A DNA stretch of 59,632 nt from Ignavibacteriales bacterium (GCA_016182615.1 JACPGF010000149.1:1-59632), one strand, 5' to 3'. Counted from the stretch's first letter, positions 18,278 through 29,804 are shown. A program made the numbers and translations. Notes: generated from the letters alone by a model not told the origin.

Positions 18278-19753
18278 ATGGATTTTGCCAAATTTTTAGC
18301 ATATACACGGGAATACAACCTTATTCCCGTGCACGAAACCATCGCAGCAGATTTGTTGACACCGGTCTCGGCCTACTTAAAGGTACGAAAGACCGATACT
18401 CCCGGCTTTCTGCTTGAATCGGTAGAGGGTACACTAAACCTTGCACGGTATTCATTTATTGGAGTTGAGCCCGAGAGGATTATCATGAACCGCGGCAGGG
18501 AAATTACCGAGATTACCCCGCAGGGTACAAGCACTATTGAAGGTGATGTTTTCGGGCACATAGAATCCATATTGCAGTCATACCACCAGCCAGCCATTGC
18601 CGAGCTGCCTAGTTTAAGCGGCGGCCTTGTCGGTTTTATCGGTTACGAGAATATGTCGCTTATCGAGCCTACCGTTCCCCGTAAATACAATTCCGGTTTC
18701 GCGTACGACTCCATTCTTGGCCTTTACAAAACATTGCTAGCATTCGACCATTACCGGCATCAGCTTATTATTATCGTTAATGTTTCCGTAACTGCGGATA
18801 CGAATCCCGAACAGGCATACTTGGATGCGAAAGCACAGATTAAAGCAATAAAAAAAGATTTGCGCCAGCAGCCTTTGCATATCAGGGATTTTACGGTCAC
18901 GGGTGATAAACAACCGTCATTCCCCATGGAAAAATTTTCATCGGATATTGCCGCGGCAAAACAACACATCCTCGAGGGTGATATATTTCAAATCGTGTTA
19001 AGCCGCCGCTTTTCAACAACATTCGATGGCGACCTGATACAAGTTTACCGCGCGCTCCGCATTATCAACCCATCTCCCTACATGTACTTTATGGAGTTTG
19101 CCAACGATACGGTGGTGATAGGAACCTCGCCTGAAAATTTATTAAAGGTACAGGGTGGTGTTGCAGAACTGCTGCCGATTGCCGGTACACGAAAACGGGG
19201 CAGCACGGAAGAGCATGACAAGCGGCTTGAGGCTGAGCTGCTCGCCGACCCCAAAGAACTGGCCGAGCACACCATGCTTGTTGATTTGGGAAGAAACGAC
19301 CTTGGCCGTGTATGCGGTTATGATTCGGTACACGTGGTTGAACAAATGCAGATTCACCGCTATTCGCATGTAATGCACATCGTTTCACGGGTTGAAGGGA
19401 AATTGAATGCAGAGAGCAGTGTCTATGATGCACTAAAAGCCTGCTTCCCCGCGGGCACTGTAACCGGCGCGCCAAAAATACGTGCCATGCAATTGATTGA
19501 TGCAATGGAAGATACCGAGCGCAACATCTATGCAGGCGCGGCTGGTTATTTTGACTTCAAGGGCAACATGGATATGTGCATTGCCATTAGAACATTTTTT
19601 GCAAAAGGCAAAACGCTGTACTGGCAGGCAGGCGCTGGCATTGTTGCAGACAGCAAGGCGGAATTGGAAGCATTGGAAATACGGAACAAAGCAGCAGTAC
19701 TGGTAAAAGCATTAGAATTCGCGGAGGTGATAGATGAAAATTCTGGTAATTGA
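18278..19753 (+). CDS. trpE: Anthranilate synthase component I
   Basis: LTPVSAY, LLESVEG, NPSPYM, AEHTMLVDLGRND, FPAGTVTGAPK. Confidence 0.96.
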   Translation: MDFAKFLAYTREYNLIPVHETIAADLLTPVSAYLKVRKTDTPGFLLESVEGTLNLARYSFIGVEPERIIMNRGREITEITPQGTSTIEGDVFGHIESILQSYHQPAIAELPSLSGGLVGFIGYENMSLIEPTVPRKYNSGFAYDSILGLYKTLLAFDHYRHQLIIIVNVSVTADTNPEQAYLDAKAQIKAIKKDLRQQPLHIRDFTVTGDKQPSFPMEKFSSDIAAAKQHILEGDIFQIVLSRRFSTTFDGDLIQVYRALRIINPSPYMYFMEFANDTVVIGTSPENLLKVQGGVAELLPIAGTRKRGSTEEHDKRLEAELLADPKELAEHTMLVDLGRNDLGRVCGYDSVHVVEQMQIHRYSHVMHIVSRVEGKLNAESSVYDALKACFPAGTVTGAPKIRAMQLIDAMEDTERNIYAGAAGYFDFKGNMDMCIAIRTFFAKGKTLYWQAGAGIVADSKAELEALEIRNKAAVLVKALEFAEVIDENSGN

Positions 19754-20300
19754 TAATTACGATTCGTTCACGTACAACCTTGTACAATTGATTGGTCACT
19801 ACGAAACGGACATAATTGTAAAACGCAATGATGCTGTCACGGCTGAAGAAATAACGGCAATGCATCCGGACAGGATACTGGTTTCACCCGGGCCGGGCAG
19901 GCCGGAGAATTCGAACATTTCCTTAACCGCTATCCGTGATTTCGGTAAAACCATTCCCGTGCTTGGTGTGTGCCTCGGCCATCAGGCAATAGGTCTTATC
20001 TTTGGCGGCAATGTTATCAAGGCTCCCGTGCTGATGCATGGTAAAACATCCTCCATTATCCACGATGGTAAAAGTATTTTCAGCGGCGTTCCGCAGGGGT
20101 TTACTGCCACACGGTATCATTCGCTCATTATCGAAAAGAGCAGCCTTCCCGCTGAACTTACCGTAACTGCAGAAACCGAAGATAGTATAATTATGGGTGT
20201 AAGGCACAAGCATTACCCCATTGAAGGAATGCAGTTTCATCCTGAATCGGTTTTGACAACCGAAGGCACTAACCTAATTAAAAACTGGTTATTACAATGA
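19734..20300 (+). CDS. trpG: Anthranilate synthase component II (glutamine amidotransferase)
   Basis: IDNYDSFTYNL, SPGPG, GVCLGHQ, QFHPES. Confidence 0.96.
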   Translation: MKILVIDNYDSFTYNLVQLIGHYETDIIVKRNDAVTAEEITAMHPDRILVSPGPGRPENSNISLTAIRDFGKTIPVLGVCLGHQAIGLIFGGNVIKAPVLMHGKTSSIIHDGKSIFSGVPQGFTATRYHSLIIEKSSLPAELTVTAETEDSIIMGVRHKHYPIEGMQFHPESVLTTEGTNLIKNWLLQ

Positions 20301-21310
20301 AGCAGATACTCGAAAAAATCATAGAGAAAGAACATCTCAGCAGGCAGGAAGCCTATGAAACCATGATGCGCATCATGTCGGGTGCTATCAATAACGGGCA
20401 GTTGGCAGGATTTTTAACCGCACTAAAGTCCAAGGGCGAAACAGCTGAGGAGTTGGCAGGATTTGTAGAGGCAATGCGCGAGCATGCTATTCCGCTGCCG
20501 CATGACAGAAAAGACGCAATAGATGTATGTGGGACAGGCGGTGATGCAAGCGGCACGTTTAATATTTCAACTGCCGTGGCATTTGTTGTTGCCGGTGCAG
20601 GCGTGCCAATGGCAAAGCATGGCAACCGCTCCATCTCAAGCAAATGCGGCAGTTCGGATGTGTTGCAGCAGCTTGGTGTTGATATTGGCCTTTCAATAGC
20701 AACAGCATCAAAAGCGTTAAACGAAACGGGTATCGTATTTTTATTTGCTCCGCAGTATCATCCGGCAATGCGGCACGCGGGAGAAGTGCGCAAGCAGCTT
20801 GCAGTTAAAACTGTTTTTAATATGCTCGGCCCGCTGTGTAATCCGGCGGGAGTAAAAAGGCAGCTCATCGGGGTGTATAATATCACCGCGGCCCGCAGCA
20901 TGTGCGATGCCGCCGCGTATCTCAATTTCGAGCGGGTCAGTTTTGTTTGCACCGATGGAAAGTTTGATGAAGTTTTACTGCATGGCAGGGCGCATGTTTT
21001 CGATAGAAAAGGCAGCGGCACCGTGAACGGATATAGTTTATCCGCGAAGGATTTCGGTTTGGCGGAAGTGCCCCTTGCAGAATTGCAGGGCGGTGATGCA
21101 CTGGAGAACGCTGCAATTATAATGCGGATTTTACGTGACAAAGTAAAAGATGCCGCATTTAACACGGTAGTTGCCAATGCCGCCTTGGCTTTGCAAATAG
21201 CTGGTAAAGCCGAGACGCTGTTAGAATGCGTGGCAATCGCGGAAGAATCGGTACTCTCAGGAGCAGCCTATGGCAAGCTGGTTAAGTTACAGGAATTACG
21301 GAGTGTATAA
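20297..21310 (+). CDS. trpD: Anthranilate phosphoribosyltransferase
   Basis: DVCGTGGD, FNIST, KHGNRSISSKCGSSD. Confidence 0.96.
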   Translation: MKQILEKIIEKEHLSRQEAYETMMRIMSGAINNGQLAGFLTALKSKGETAEELAGFVEAMREHAIPLPHDRKDAIDVCGTGGDASGTFNISTAVAFVVAGAGVPMAKHGNRSISSKCGSSDVLQQLGVDIGLSIATASKALNETGIVFLFAPQYHPAMRHAGEVRKQLAVKTVFNMLGPLCNPAGVKRQLIGVYNITAARSMCDAAAYLNFERVSFVCTDGKFDEVLLHGRAHVFDRKGSGTVNGYSLSAKDFGLAEVPLAELQGGDALENAAIIMRILRDKVKDAAFNTVVANAALALQIAGKAETLLECVAIAEESVLSGAAYGKLVKLQELRSV

Positions 21311-22098
21311 TGAGTATTCTACAAAAAATCATCGAAACAAAAAAAGATGAAGTGCACTCATTAAAAACCGGGATATATCCCTCCCTGTGGAAAAACAATC
21401 CCGCTCTTCAGGCACCGTGCAGAGGGTTCGGTGCTGCACTTGCCCGGAAGGAATTGTCAATCATCGCAGAAGTGAAAAAAGCCAGCCCCTCAAAGGGATT
21501 AATACGGATGGATTTTCATCCGGTAGAAATTGCAAAGGCGTATGAAAAAGGAGGAGCGGCATGTATCTCGGTGCTTACCGATAAAAACTATTTTCAAGGA
21601 GATATAAACCATCTTGCACAAATCAGGAAATCGGTGGCTTTGCCGCTGCTCCGCAAAGATTTTATTATTGACGATGTGCAGTTAACCGAAGCGAAAATGA
21701 ACGGCGCGGACGCGGTGCTTTTAATTGCAGAAGTGCTGAGCACGTCTCAAATAAAAGAGCTCACGCTCTATGCACAGGCGTTGCACATGGATGTCCTTTT
21801 GGAAACACACCATGCCAGTGAACTTGAAAAAATAGATTTTTCCGTTAATTCCATCATCGGTATCAACAACCGCGATTTGAATACTTTTATTACCGACATC
21901 AATACAACGCTAAATATAGCGAAGCTGTTGCCAAAGCACGTTATCGTGGTATCGGAAAGCGGAATAGAGAACAAGGAAACCGTGCAGCAGATTAACCGGG
22001 CAGGCATACATGCGGTTTTAGTCGGCGAGCATTTTATGCGCGTGCAGGATATTAGTGCAGCCCTTGCAGAGATGAAGGAATGGGCACATGAAAATTAA
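21310..22098 (+). CDS. trpC: Indole-3-glycerol phosphate synthase
   Basis: IAEVKKASPSKG, LRKDFI, GINNRDL, VSESGI. Confidence 0.96.
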   Translation: MSILQKIIETKKDEVHSLKTGIYPSLWKNNPALQAPCRGFGAALARKELSIIAEVKKASPSKGLIRMDFHPVEIAKAYEKGGAACISVLTDKNYFQGDINHLAQIRKSVALPLLRKDFIIDDVQLTEAKMNGADAVLLIAEVLSTSQIKELTLYAQALHMDVLLETHHASELEKIDFSVNSIIGINNRDLNTFITDINTTLNIAKLLPKHVIVVSESGIENKETVQQINRAGIHAVLVGEHFMRVQDISAALAEMKEWAHEN

Positions 22099-22696
22099 AG
22101 TTTGCGGCATAACCAATACTGCCGATGCACACGCGTGTGAGAGGAACGGAGCGGATGCACTCGGTTTTGTTTTCTATAACAAAAGCAAAAGATACATAGC
22201 ACCGGAAAATGCCGCGGAAATTTGCAAAGCACTTTCGGCTTTCACCACAACCGTAGGCGTTTTTGTTCATACCCCTGTTAATGAAGTTAACAGGATAATG
22301 AAGCAGGCGAAACTGCATGTCGCGCAAATTATTGCCGGTGACCTTACCCCGTATCACGAGCAATGCGAATATCCATTCTATCATTGTGTTCGCATTGATG
22401 ACGATTTTAATTTTGCATGTATAACAATAGATAACGGCAGAAACATTTTGCTTGATACCTATAGCAAAAGCGCTTACGGCGGCACAGGAACCAAATTTAA
22501 CTGGAGTAAAATACCCATGCAAATACGGCACGCGGTAATTCTTGCAGGCGGCATTGGTGAAGGTGACCTGAAAACTATTAAACAAACGATTAATCCCTAC
22601 GGCGTTGATGTTTCATCATCATTGGAAATATCTCCCGGCGTAAAAGACTTAGTAAAGATTGAACAATTTTTTAAAACAGTTAATGCAATAAGGTAA
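22088..22696 (+). CDS. trpF: Phosphoribosylanthranilate isomerase
   Basis: IKVCGIT, GFVFY, GGTGTKFNW, ILAGG, GVDVSS. Confidence 0.95.
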   Translation: MKIKVCGITNTADAHACERNGADALGFVFYNKSKRYIAPENAAEICKALSAFTTTVGVFVHTPVNEVNRIMKQAKLHVAQIIAGDLTPYHEQCEYPFYHCVRIDDDFNFACITIDNGRNILLDTYSKSAYGGTGTKFNWSKIPMQIRHAVILAGGIGEGDLKTIKQTINPYGVDVSSSLEISPGVKDLVKIEQFFKTVNAIR

Positions 22697-22700
22697 CACG

Positions 22701-23723
22701 ATGTTAGTAATTTTAAAATTGGATGCAGCCCCGGAACATGTATCAAAAATTTGCGAAAAGATACAAAGCCGCGAATGTACCGCGCACGTTATACCGGGCG
22801 CTCAACGGGTTGCCATAGGTGTAACCGGCAACATGGCAAACGTTTCCCGCGATGATTTTCTGCGCATGGAATCTGTGGTGGATGTCGTCCGCGTCTCAAA
22901 AAAATATAAACTCGTCAGTAGGGAAATGAAACCGGATGATTCGGTTATTGATGTACAGGGTGAAAAAATCGGGGGCAGTGCATTGCAGATTATCGCCGGG
23001 CCGTGCTCTGTTGAAAGCAGGCAGCAGCTTCATGATATCGCGGGTCCGCTGCGGGAAATGGGTATAAAGTTTTTCCGTGCAGGTGCATACAAGCCGCGCA
23101 CCAGTCCTTATGCATTCCAAGGCATGAAAGAGAAGGGCCTTGAATTGCTTGATGAAATTAAAAAAGAGTATGGTATGCGCATTGTTACCGAATTGAAAGA
23201 CTCGGAAACCTTAGAGCAGGTACTTGCAACCGCGGACATACTGCAAATAGGCGCGCGTAACATGCAAAATTTTTCTCTGCTCGAAAAAATCGGGCAGACA
23301 TGTAAGCCAGTTTTCCTGAAGCGCGGGCTGGCAGCAAGCATTGAAGACCTGTTGATGAGCGCAGAGTATATTCTTTCGCAGGGTAATTACGAGGTTATCC
23401 TCTGCGAGCGCGGTATCCGCACCTTCGAAACCATGACCCGCAACACGCTTGACCTGAACGCGATTCCAGTTATCAGGGCAACATCGCACCTGCCCGTGTT
23501 TGTTGACCCCTCGCATGGTATTGGTATTTGGGATATGGTACCGCCGATGGCAATGGCTGGTGTGGCTTGCGGTGCAAACGGACTGATGATTGAAGTGCAC
23601 AACAAACCGGAAGAAGCATTGTCTGACGGGTTCCAATCGTTAACACTGAAGAACATGAAAGCCCTGTTGGAAAAACTGAAAGAACTTGCCCCCATCGTTG
23701 GCAAAACTTTGGAGTGCAAATGA
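22701..23723 (+). CDS. aroF: DAHP synthase class I-beta with N-terminal regulatory domain
   Basis: [45 protein letters not shown]. Confidence 0.95.
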   Translation: MLVILKLDAAPEHVSKICEKIQSRECTAHVIPGAQRVAIGVTGNMANVSRDDFLRMESVVDVVRVSKKYKLVSREMKPDDSVIDVQGEKIGGSALQIIAGPCSVESRQQLHDIAGPLREMGIKFFRAGAYKPRTSPYAFQGMKEKGLELLDEIKKEYGMRIVTELKDSETLEQVLATADILQIGARNMQNFSLLEKIGQTCKPVFLKRGLAASIEDLLMSAEYILSQGNYEVILCERGIRTFETMTRNTLDLNAIPVIRATSHLPVFVDPSHGIGIWDMVPPMAMAGVACGANGLMIEVHNKPEEALSDGFQSLTLKNMKALLEKLKELAPIVGKTLECK

Positions 23724-24925
23724 GCGGCACATTAAACTATTCTCTGCCCGATAGAGCGGGCCACTTTGGCATATACGGCGGCAAATATGTGCCTGAAACA
23801 TTAATTGCACCCTTGGCTGAGCTTGAGGCAGTGTATCAAAAAGCGGTACACGATGATATCTTTCAGAAAACACTTATGGATTTGCATAGCGAATACACGG
23901 GCCGCCCGACACCGCTTACCTACGCTGAGCGTTTAACGGAATATTACGGAACGGGAAGAATTTATCTAAAGCGTGAAGACCTTTGCCACACAGGTGCACA
24001 CAAAATCAATAACGCGCTTGGGCAGATACTGCTTGCAAAGCAACTTGGCAAAACGCGCATCATCGCGGAAACCGGAGCCGGGCAGCACGGAGTGGCAACG
24101 GCAACAGTTTGTGCAAAGTTCGGATTGCACTGTATTGTGTATATGGGCGAAACAGACATGCAAAGGCAAAGCCTGAATGTTTTCCGCATGAAACTGCTCG
24201 GGGCCGAAGTACGCCCTGTAACCTCGGGCAGCCGCACCCTTAAGGATGCAACCAACGAGGCAATACGGGATTGGGTTGGCAACGTGCACAACACGCATTA
24301 TATTATCGGCTCTGTTGTTGGCCCGCATCCGTACCCCATGATCGTGCGCGATTTTCAATCGATAATAGGCCGTGAGACAAAACAGCAGATTTTGCAAAGA
24401 GAGCAAAAACTTCCGAGCTATATTCTGGCATGCGTAGGGGGTGGCAGTAACGCGGCAGGGATTTTTTATCCATTCATTCAGGATACCGGTGTAAAGCTCA
24501 TTGGCATCGAGGCCGCCGGGCATGGCGTGCATACCGGCAAGCACAGTGCTACGCTTACCTTGGGCAGGCATGGCGTATTTCACGGTATGCTCACATATCT
24601 GCTGCAGGATGCGGATGGGCAAGTGCAGGAAGCCCATTCCATTTCCGCCGGGCTTGACTATCCCGGTGTTGGCCCCGAGCATAGTTACCTGAAAGACTCC
24701 GGCCGGGTTGCATACGCTTCAATCGATGACACGCAGGCACTCAAGGCGGTCAGCCTGATGAGTTTAAAAGAGGGTATATTACCCGCGCTTGAAACAGCTC
24801 ATGCAATAGCATACCTCGAGACACTCATGCCAATACTTAGCACTGCTGATATTGTAGTTGTTAACATTAGCGGCCGGGGCGATAAAGACCTGAACACCAT
24901 CATACAAAACATCTCAGTGGATTAA
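23720..24925 (+). CDS. trpB: Tryptophan synthase beta chain
   Basis: [46 protein letters not shown] overlap with aroF. Confidence 0.98.
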   Translation: MSGTLNYSLPDRAGHFGIYGGKYVPETLIAPLAELEAVYQKAVHDDIFQKTLMDLHSEYTGRPTPLTYAERLTEYYGTGRIYLKREDLCHTGAHKINNALGQILLAKQLGKTRIIAETGAGQHGVATATVCAKFGLHCIVYMGETDMQRQSLNVFRMKLLGAEVRPVTSGSRTLKDATNEAIRDWVGNVHNTHYIIGSVVGPHPYPMIVRDFQSIIGRETKQQILQREQKLPSYILACVGGGSNAAGIFYPFIQDTGVKLIGIEAAGHGVHTGKHSATLTLGRHGVFHGMLTYLLQDADGQVQEAHSISAGLDYPGVGPEHSYLKDSGRVAYASIDDTQALKAVSLMSLKEGILPALETAHAIAYLETLMPILSTADIVVVNISGRGDKDLNTIIQNISVD

Positions 24926-24927
24926 AC

Positions 24928-25713
24928 ATGCAAACGATACACACGCACATTGATACAATAAACAAATCAGGCAGTAAAGCGCTAGCTGTGTTTCTTACGG
25001 CAGGGTTTCCATCCGCTGATACTTACGTTGACACTGCCTGCAGCCTGCTTGATGCAGGTGCAGACATTTTAGAAATTGGCATACCGTTCAGCGACCCGCT
25101 TGCCGATGGCCCCATCATTCAGCAATCGTCACAGCTTGCTTTAGATAACGGCATTCGGTTAAAAGATGTATTTACTTACTGTGAGCAGATACGCGAAAGA
25201 ACCAGCAAAAAACTTGTTGCAATGGGATATGCCAACCCGATACTTTCATACGGTGTCGAAAAGTTCATGACAGATGCTGCCAGCGCGGGGTTTGACGGGC
25301 TTATCGTTCCCGATGTACCGTACGATGAGTATGAAAATTTTTACGGACAGATAAACAAATCACTCGAAACAATTCTACTGGTTACCCCGGTAACAACACC
25401 AGAGCGGATTGCTCTTGTGGATAAAAAAAGCAAGGGATTTCTCTACTATGTTAGCGTGGCAGGAATTACGGGTACACATTCATGGAGCGGAGATGTTATC
25501 GGCAGCCTGCAGCGTGTACGGGCAATGGGTCTGCAAAACAAGCTGATGGTAGGTTTTGGTGTTTCATCCGCCGGAGATATACACAAAATAAAAGGCCATT
25601 GCGATGGGGTTATCGTTGGCAGTGCCATCATCAAAAGGCTGCTTGATGAACCGCAGAATATCAAGCGGGTTGAAGAATTTGTAGCATCCCTTAAACAAGC
25701 ATGCGTGGGTTAA
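24928..25713 (+). CDS. trpA: Tryptophan synthase alpha chain
   Basis: EIGIPFSDPLADGPIIQ, GITG, VGFGV, GVIVGSA. Confidence 0.97.
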   Translation: MQTIHTHIDTINKSGSKALAVFLTAGFPSADTYVDTACSLLDAGADILEIGIPFSDPLADGPIIQQSSQLALDNGIRLKDVFTYCEQIRERTSKKLVAMGYANPILSYGVEKFMTDAASAGFDGLIVPDVPYDEYENFYGQINKSLETILLVTPVTTPERIALVDKKSKGFLYYVSVAGITGTHSWSGDVIGSLQRVRAMGLQNKLMVGFGVSSAGDIHKIKGHCDGVIVGSAIIKRLLDEPQNIKRVEEFVASLKQACVG

Positions 25714-26251
25714 AGCGTGGTTACGAATTAAAAAAATACGGGGCTTATAAGTTTAGTGCTTCTTTTAGCTATTGCTTTTCACTCTAGCGTTCAATTGATT
25801 TTGCGGGTTTGTTGTAAATGGTTAAAAAGCCTTCTATCGCATTTTCAACAGCCGGTCAAGCGCGTAACCTTATAATTGCTCCTGATTTCAACCATACTTC
25901 ATTACACACATCTTTTAAAAAGGTGTTAAAAGATCGTTTGTTTGTTTTTACAAATTTGCTACTGTTTGGCCTTTCCTTCAAGGCAGGCAAAATGACTAAT
26001 TTTCTGAGAGCAGTTGTTTTCAGGCATCTTTTTTATTCTGTGCAAAATTGAATAATGATTAGGCTTTAACCCGGGATAGAACACCAAAAAGTTGCAAACA
26101 GTTTGCGGCAAATTATTCGTTTGTTGTGTTATTAATGAATATTTTGGAATATGTAACACCTCTGCATAAGGAGTACGAAACCGATTGTATAAATAAGCTC
26201 AGAACTCAGTAACTTTATATTTGTTTTTATTCCTATTTTATTAACAAGTGC

Positions 26252-27124
26252 ATGAATCTTTTAACCCTTATAAAGAAACACCTCAAAGGTGTATTGTTTA
26301 TACTATTTTTATTATTGCTCGAAAATGTGGCATGGATAATTGAGCCGACTCTTTTTGGCAATGTTATCGATGCCTTTATTGCCAAAGCCGATAAAAACAA
26401 TCTTGAGGCGCAATTAGCCCACATATTCCCCCTGCTGGTTTGGGTTGGTGTTTACCTTATCAACTCCGGGTCGGGTACATTGCGCAGGCTGGCAGAACCA
26501 AGCGTCTTTCAACGGATGTATGTTGAAATTGTTAGTAAAGTTGCCGAGATGTGCAAATCCATTAACCTGAAGCCAAACCGTGCTGCCGCACGAGTGCAAA
26601 TGTCTGAAGAGTACGTTACGTTTATGCAATACCGGGTACCAGAAATTTTTGAACAAGTCATTTCTATTAGCGGTGCAATTATTGCTTTGTGCTTTTTTGA
26701 CTGGCGGATTGCAATGGCTTGTTTATTTATTGCCGGACCGATGTTCTTCCTCGGAAATCTGTACACAAAAAAGGTTGTCCCCATGCAGAGTGAATTACAT
26801 GATACTTTTGAGCACATGTACGACACCTTTGCAAGCCACAATCCTCAAAGAATTAAACGCACATTTGCCAGTATTGCAAACATTAATACAAGTATGGCAA
26901 AATGGGGGGCACTTAACTTCGGAGTTATCAGGCTAATTCTCCTTATCATTTTTATTCTGGTTTTATATATCGCCATCGATTTAAACGATTTTACGACAGG
27001 AAGTATTTATTCTATTGTTGCTTACCTGTGGACATTCGTTGCCTCTGTTGAGTATATCCCTGAGCTGTTGGAAAGCAACGCCTCGTTAACCGATCTGACC
27101 AGAAGGATTAATTCACCGGAGTAA
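26252..27124 (+). CDS. Stand-alone ABC six-transmembrane-domain protein
   Basis: Exporter-type TMD pattern (LFGNVID, FDWRIAMACL, TTGSIYSIVAY); no ATPase domain. Confidence 0.7.
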   Translation: MNLLTLIKKHLKGVLFILFLLLLENVAWIIEPTLFGNVIDAFIAKADKNNLEAQLAHIFPLLVWVGVYLINSGSGTLRRLAEPSVFQRMYVEIVSKVAEMCKSINLKPNRAAARVQMSEEYVTFMQYRVPEIFEQVISISGAIIALCFFDWRIAMACLFIAGPMFFLGNLYTKKVVPMQSELHDTFEHMYDTFASHNPQRIKRTFASIANINTSMAKWGALNFGVIRLILLIIFILVLYIAIDLNDFTTGSIYSIVAYLWTFVASVEYIPELLESNASLTDLTRRINSPE

Positions 27125-27198
27125 TCACTACACACCATCCAACACCTTATATTGTTAATGCATTTAGGTGGTTGCTGCTCGCCGCTAAAAAGAATATT

Positions 27199-27912
27199 TT
27201 ATTTGGCTTCTTCGTGAGCTGGCGTTTGTTTTTTATCGGTAATTTCCTTCAGGACCTTTATCATTTCTTCTTTAATTTCCCCGGGTTTCATCGTAAGCAG
27301 ACTGTCAATTTCACGTTTAACGCTTGGTGCAGCATCTGTTTTTATTTCCTGTAAATGTTGCCTTACTAATGCGAATCTTTGTGCATTAAGGCAAAGTGAC
27401 CACTTTGCCGAAGCAGCGGCTAAATACAAGTCAGCATTTATTCTATCCCGCATATTGTCCAATTCAAAGGTTATGCGTTCAATGTATTCTTTTCCACCAC
27501 TGCCGAAAAATGCACCCCAGTAAAAGTCGTTCAAATTCGGGTCATGAGCATTTATGTTTAGAATATTATTATCTGATCTTGCTTCCGTAAATGCTTTAAC
27601 CAGTAACTCGTTACCGGCACACTCACTGTTGATAAAGGCTCTAAGGGCAACGGTATCTTCAACACTTTTAAAGGCTGCATAAAAAAAGCCCATAGGTCCC
27701 GGCTGATTAGCCGGATCCTTAAATGCCGCGATGTCTTTAAATTCCAGAGCCAAATCTTTTAATTCATCAAAATTAGGATCAACAAAATAGCTTTGCAGGC
27801 TCTTGCTGAACTGAAGCATGGCTAAACTCTCCTGCGCTTGTAATGCGGTGGAGATAATAAAGAAAACAACGATTAATAAAACATGTTTCATCTGCAACTC
27901 CGTGATTTTCAT
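27199..27912 (-). CDS. Hypothetical exported protein
   Basis: Signal peptide (..STALQA/QE); DFYWGAFFGSG and AAKWSL motifs. Confidence 0.7.
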   Translation of the reverse strand: MKITELQMKHVLLIVVFFIISTALQAQESLAMLQFSKSLQSYFVDPNFDELKDLALEFKDIAAFKDPANQPGPMGFFYAAFKSVEDTVALRAFINSECAGNELLVKAFTEARSDNNILNINAHDPNLNDFYWGAFFGSGGKEYIERITFELDNMRDRINADLYLAAASAKWSLCLNAQRFALVRQHLQEIKTDAAPSVKREIDSLLTMKPGEIKEEMIKVLKEITDKKQTPAHEEAK

Positions 27913-27984
27913 ACTATTTGATGTATGAATATACTAAACATTGAAAAAACTGAATAAACAACCTGGTTCATCTTTTAAAAATAT

Positions 27985-28659
27985 CTACCTTTTTTTATAT
28001 GGAATCGGATCTGCGATACCCGCCTGCTCAAAACCACGCAAACGGAAGGCGCAACTGTCGCATTCGCCGCAAGCCTCATCATCATTTTGATAACACGACC
28101 ATGTTGCCGCCAGAGGGGCGCTCAGTTCAACACCTTTCAGTACAATTTCAGATTTACTCATATTAATTACCGGGGTAATAATACTAATATGGGTATCCGG
28201 CTTGGTGCCAAGCCGGAGCATTTCCTGATACGCTTTGTAAAACTCCGGTCTGCAATCGGGATAACCGCTTGCATCCTCGTAAACAGCACCGATAAAAATT
28301 GCCGTCGCTCCTATCACCTCGGCCCAACTGACACATGCAGAAAGGATGTTTGCATTACGGAAAGGCACGTAGGACGTTGGTATTTCCTTATTCTGCAAGT
28401 CTGCTTTTGCAACATCCATGTGCAAATCAGTCAACGAAGACCCTCCGATAGCACTAAAATGCGAAAAGTCAATCTCAAGCCGGTGTTTCACTCCGTAGAA
28501 ATCGGCAATATCGTGAAACGCTTTGCGTTCCCGTTTTTGCGTGCGCTGCCCGTAATTAAAATGCGCGAAGGCCAATTCAAATTCCTGCGCGGCAATTGCT
28601 GCTGTTACGCAGCTATCCATACCGCCGGATACTGCTATTACTGCTATTGGTTTACTCAT
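27985..28659 (-). CDS. queC: 7-cyano-7-deazaguanine synthase
   Basis: SGGMDS, YVPFRN, YPDCR, TWSCY..CGECDSC. Confidence 0.97.
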   Translation of the reverse strand: MSKPIAVIAVSGGMDSCVTAAIAAQEFELAFAHFNYGQRTQKRERKAFHDIADFYGVKHRLEIDFSHFSAIGGSSLTDLHMDVAKADLQNKEIPTSYVPFRNANILSACVSWAEVIGATAIFIGAVYEDASGYPDCRPEFYKAYQEMLRLGTKPDTHISIITPVINMSKSEIVLKGVELSAPLAATWSCYQNDDEACGECDSCAFRLRGFEQAGIADPIPYKKR

Positions 28660-28733
28660 AGTTTATGTTGGATTTAAAATATAAATAGCAGAATTCACAA
28701 AAAACTGAACTCTGCTATGAAGAAAAATTACAA

Positions 28734-29804
28734 TTAATCAGCTTCTAACCGTTCTGTGCGGTCAGCTATTTTCATTTGCTCGATAAGGTCGTTCAGGTCA
28801 CCATTAATGATACCTGAAAGATTATACAGCGTCAATCCGATGCGGTGATCGGTAACCCGGTTCTGTGGAAAATTGTACGTGCGTATTTTGTCGCTACGGT
28901 CACCGCTGCCAACCATTATACGGCGCTGTGCAGCAATTTCGCTGGCCTGCTTTTTCGATTCCGAATCATATAAACGCGCCCGTAAAACCTTTAAGGCTTT
29001 CTGCCGGTTTTTTAACTGCGAGCGCTCATCCTGGCATTGCACCACGATACCGCTGGGCAAGTGGGTAATACGGATAGCGGTTTCCACCTTGTTCACGTTT
29101 TGTCCGCCCGCGCCGCCGCTCCGGTACACATCTATTTTAAGGTCGCCGGGATTAATATCAACCTGCACGTCTTCAACTTCCGGTAAAACAGCCACGGATG
29201 CGGCTGATGTGTGTACGCGTCCACTGCCTTCGGTTTCCGGCACGCGCTGTACGCGGTGCACTCCCGATTCAAACTTCAGATCGCCAAAAACACCAATACC
29301 CTGAATAGAAAAAACGGCTTCTTTTAATCCGCCAAGGCCTGTATCGTTCAAATCAATCAATTCGTATTTCCACCCGCGTACTTCGGCATACCGGGTGTAC
29401 ATGCGGAACAGATCCCCCGCGAATAAAGCGGCTTCTTCGCCGCCCGTACCGGCCCGTATTTCAAAAATAACGTTTTTGTCATCGTTAGGGTCTTTGGGGA
29501 GCAATAAAAATTTTAACTCCGCTTCGAGTTTTTCCCGTTCAGCTTTCAATTCTTCCATTTCAAGCTCAGCCATGGCAACAAGTTCTGCATCTTCATTGGC
29601 ATCAATTATTTCCTTGTTGCCGTTTAGGCCGTTAATAATCTTCATATAGCGTTCGTAGGCTGTCATCAGCGGGGTTAAATCGCTGCGCTCTTTACTCAGG
29701 CTAATCAGTTTATCATGGTTCTTCGTGTTATCCGGGTCAGAGAGCTGATCGGTAATCTTATCGTATTTATCTTTAATCTTCGAAAGTTTTTCGCTAAAAT
29801 CCAT
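28734..29804 (-). CDS. prfA: Peptide chain release factor 1
   Basis: GGQ; RVPETE (PxT, RF1-specific); EIRAGTGGEEA; RTYNFPQ. Confidence 0.98.
   Translation of the reverse strand: MDFSEKLSKIKDKYDKITDQLSDPDNTKNHDKLISLSKERSDLTPLMTAYERYMKIINGLNGNKEIIDANEDAELVAMAELEMEELKAEREKLEAELKFLLLPKDPNDDKNVIFEIRAGTGGEEAALFAGDLFRMYTRYAEVRGWKYELIDLNDTGLGGLKEAVFSIQGIGVFGDLKFESGVHRVQRVPETEGSGRVHTSAASVAVLPEVEDVQVDINPGDLKIDVYRSGGAGGQNVNKVETAIRITHLPSGIVVQCQDERSQLKNRQKALKVLRARLYDSESKKQASEIAAQRRIMVGSGDRSDKIRTYNFPQNRVTDHRIGLTLYNLSGIINGDLNDLIEQMKIADRTERLEAD

Noticed and set aside
23966..24682. Long antisense ORFs (also 10617-11228, 28087-28677, 58337-58897)
   Set aside because: Shadow frames opposite well-supported genes
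27985..28659. queC as part of a Dpd or QatABCD defence system
   Set aside because: Canonical QueC downstream of prfA with no dpd/qat partners
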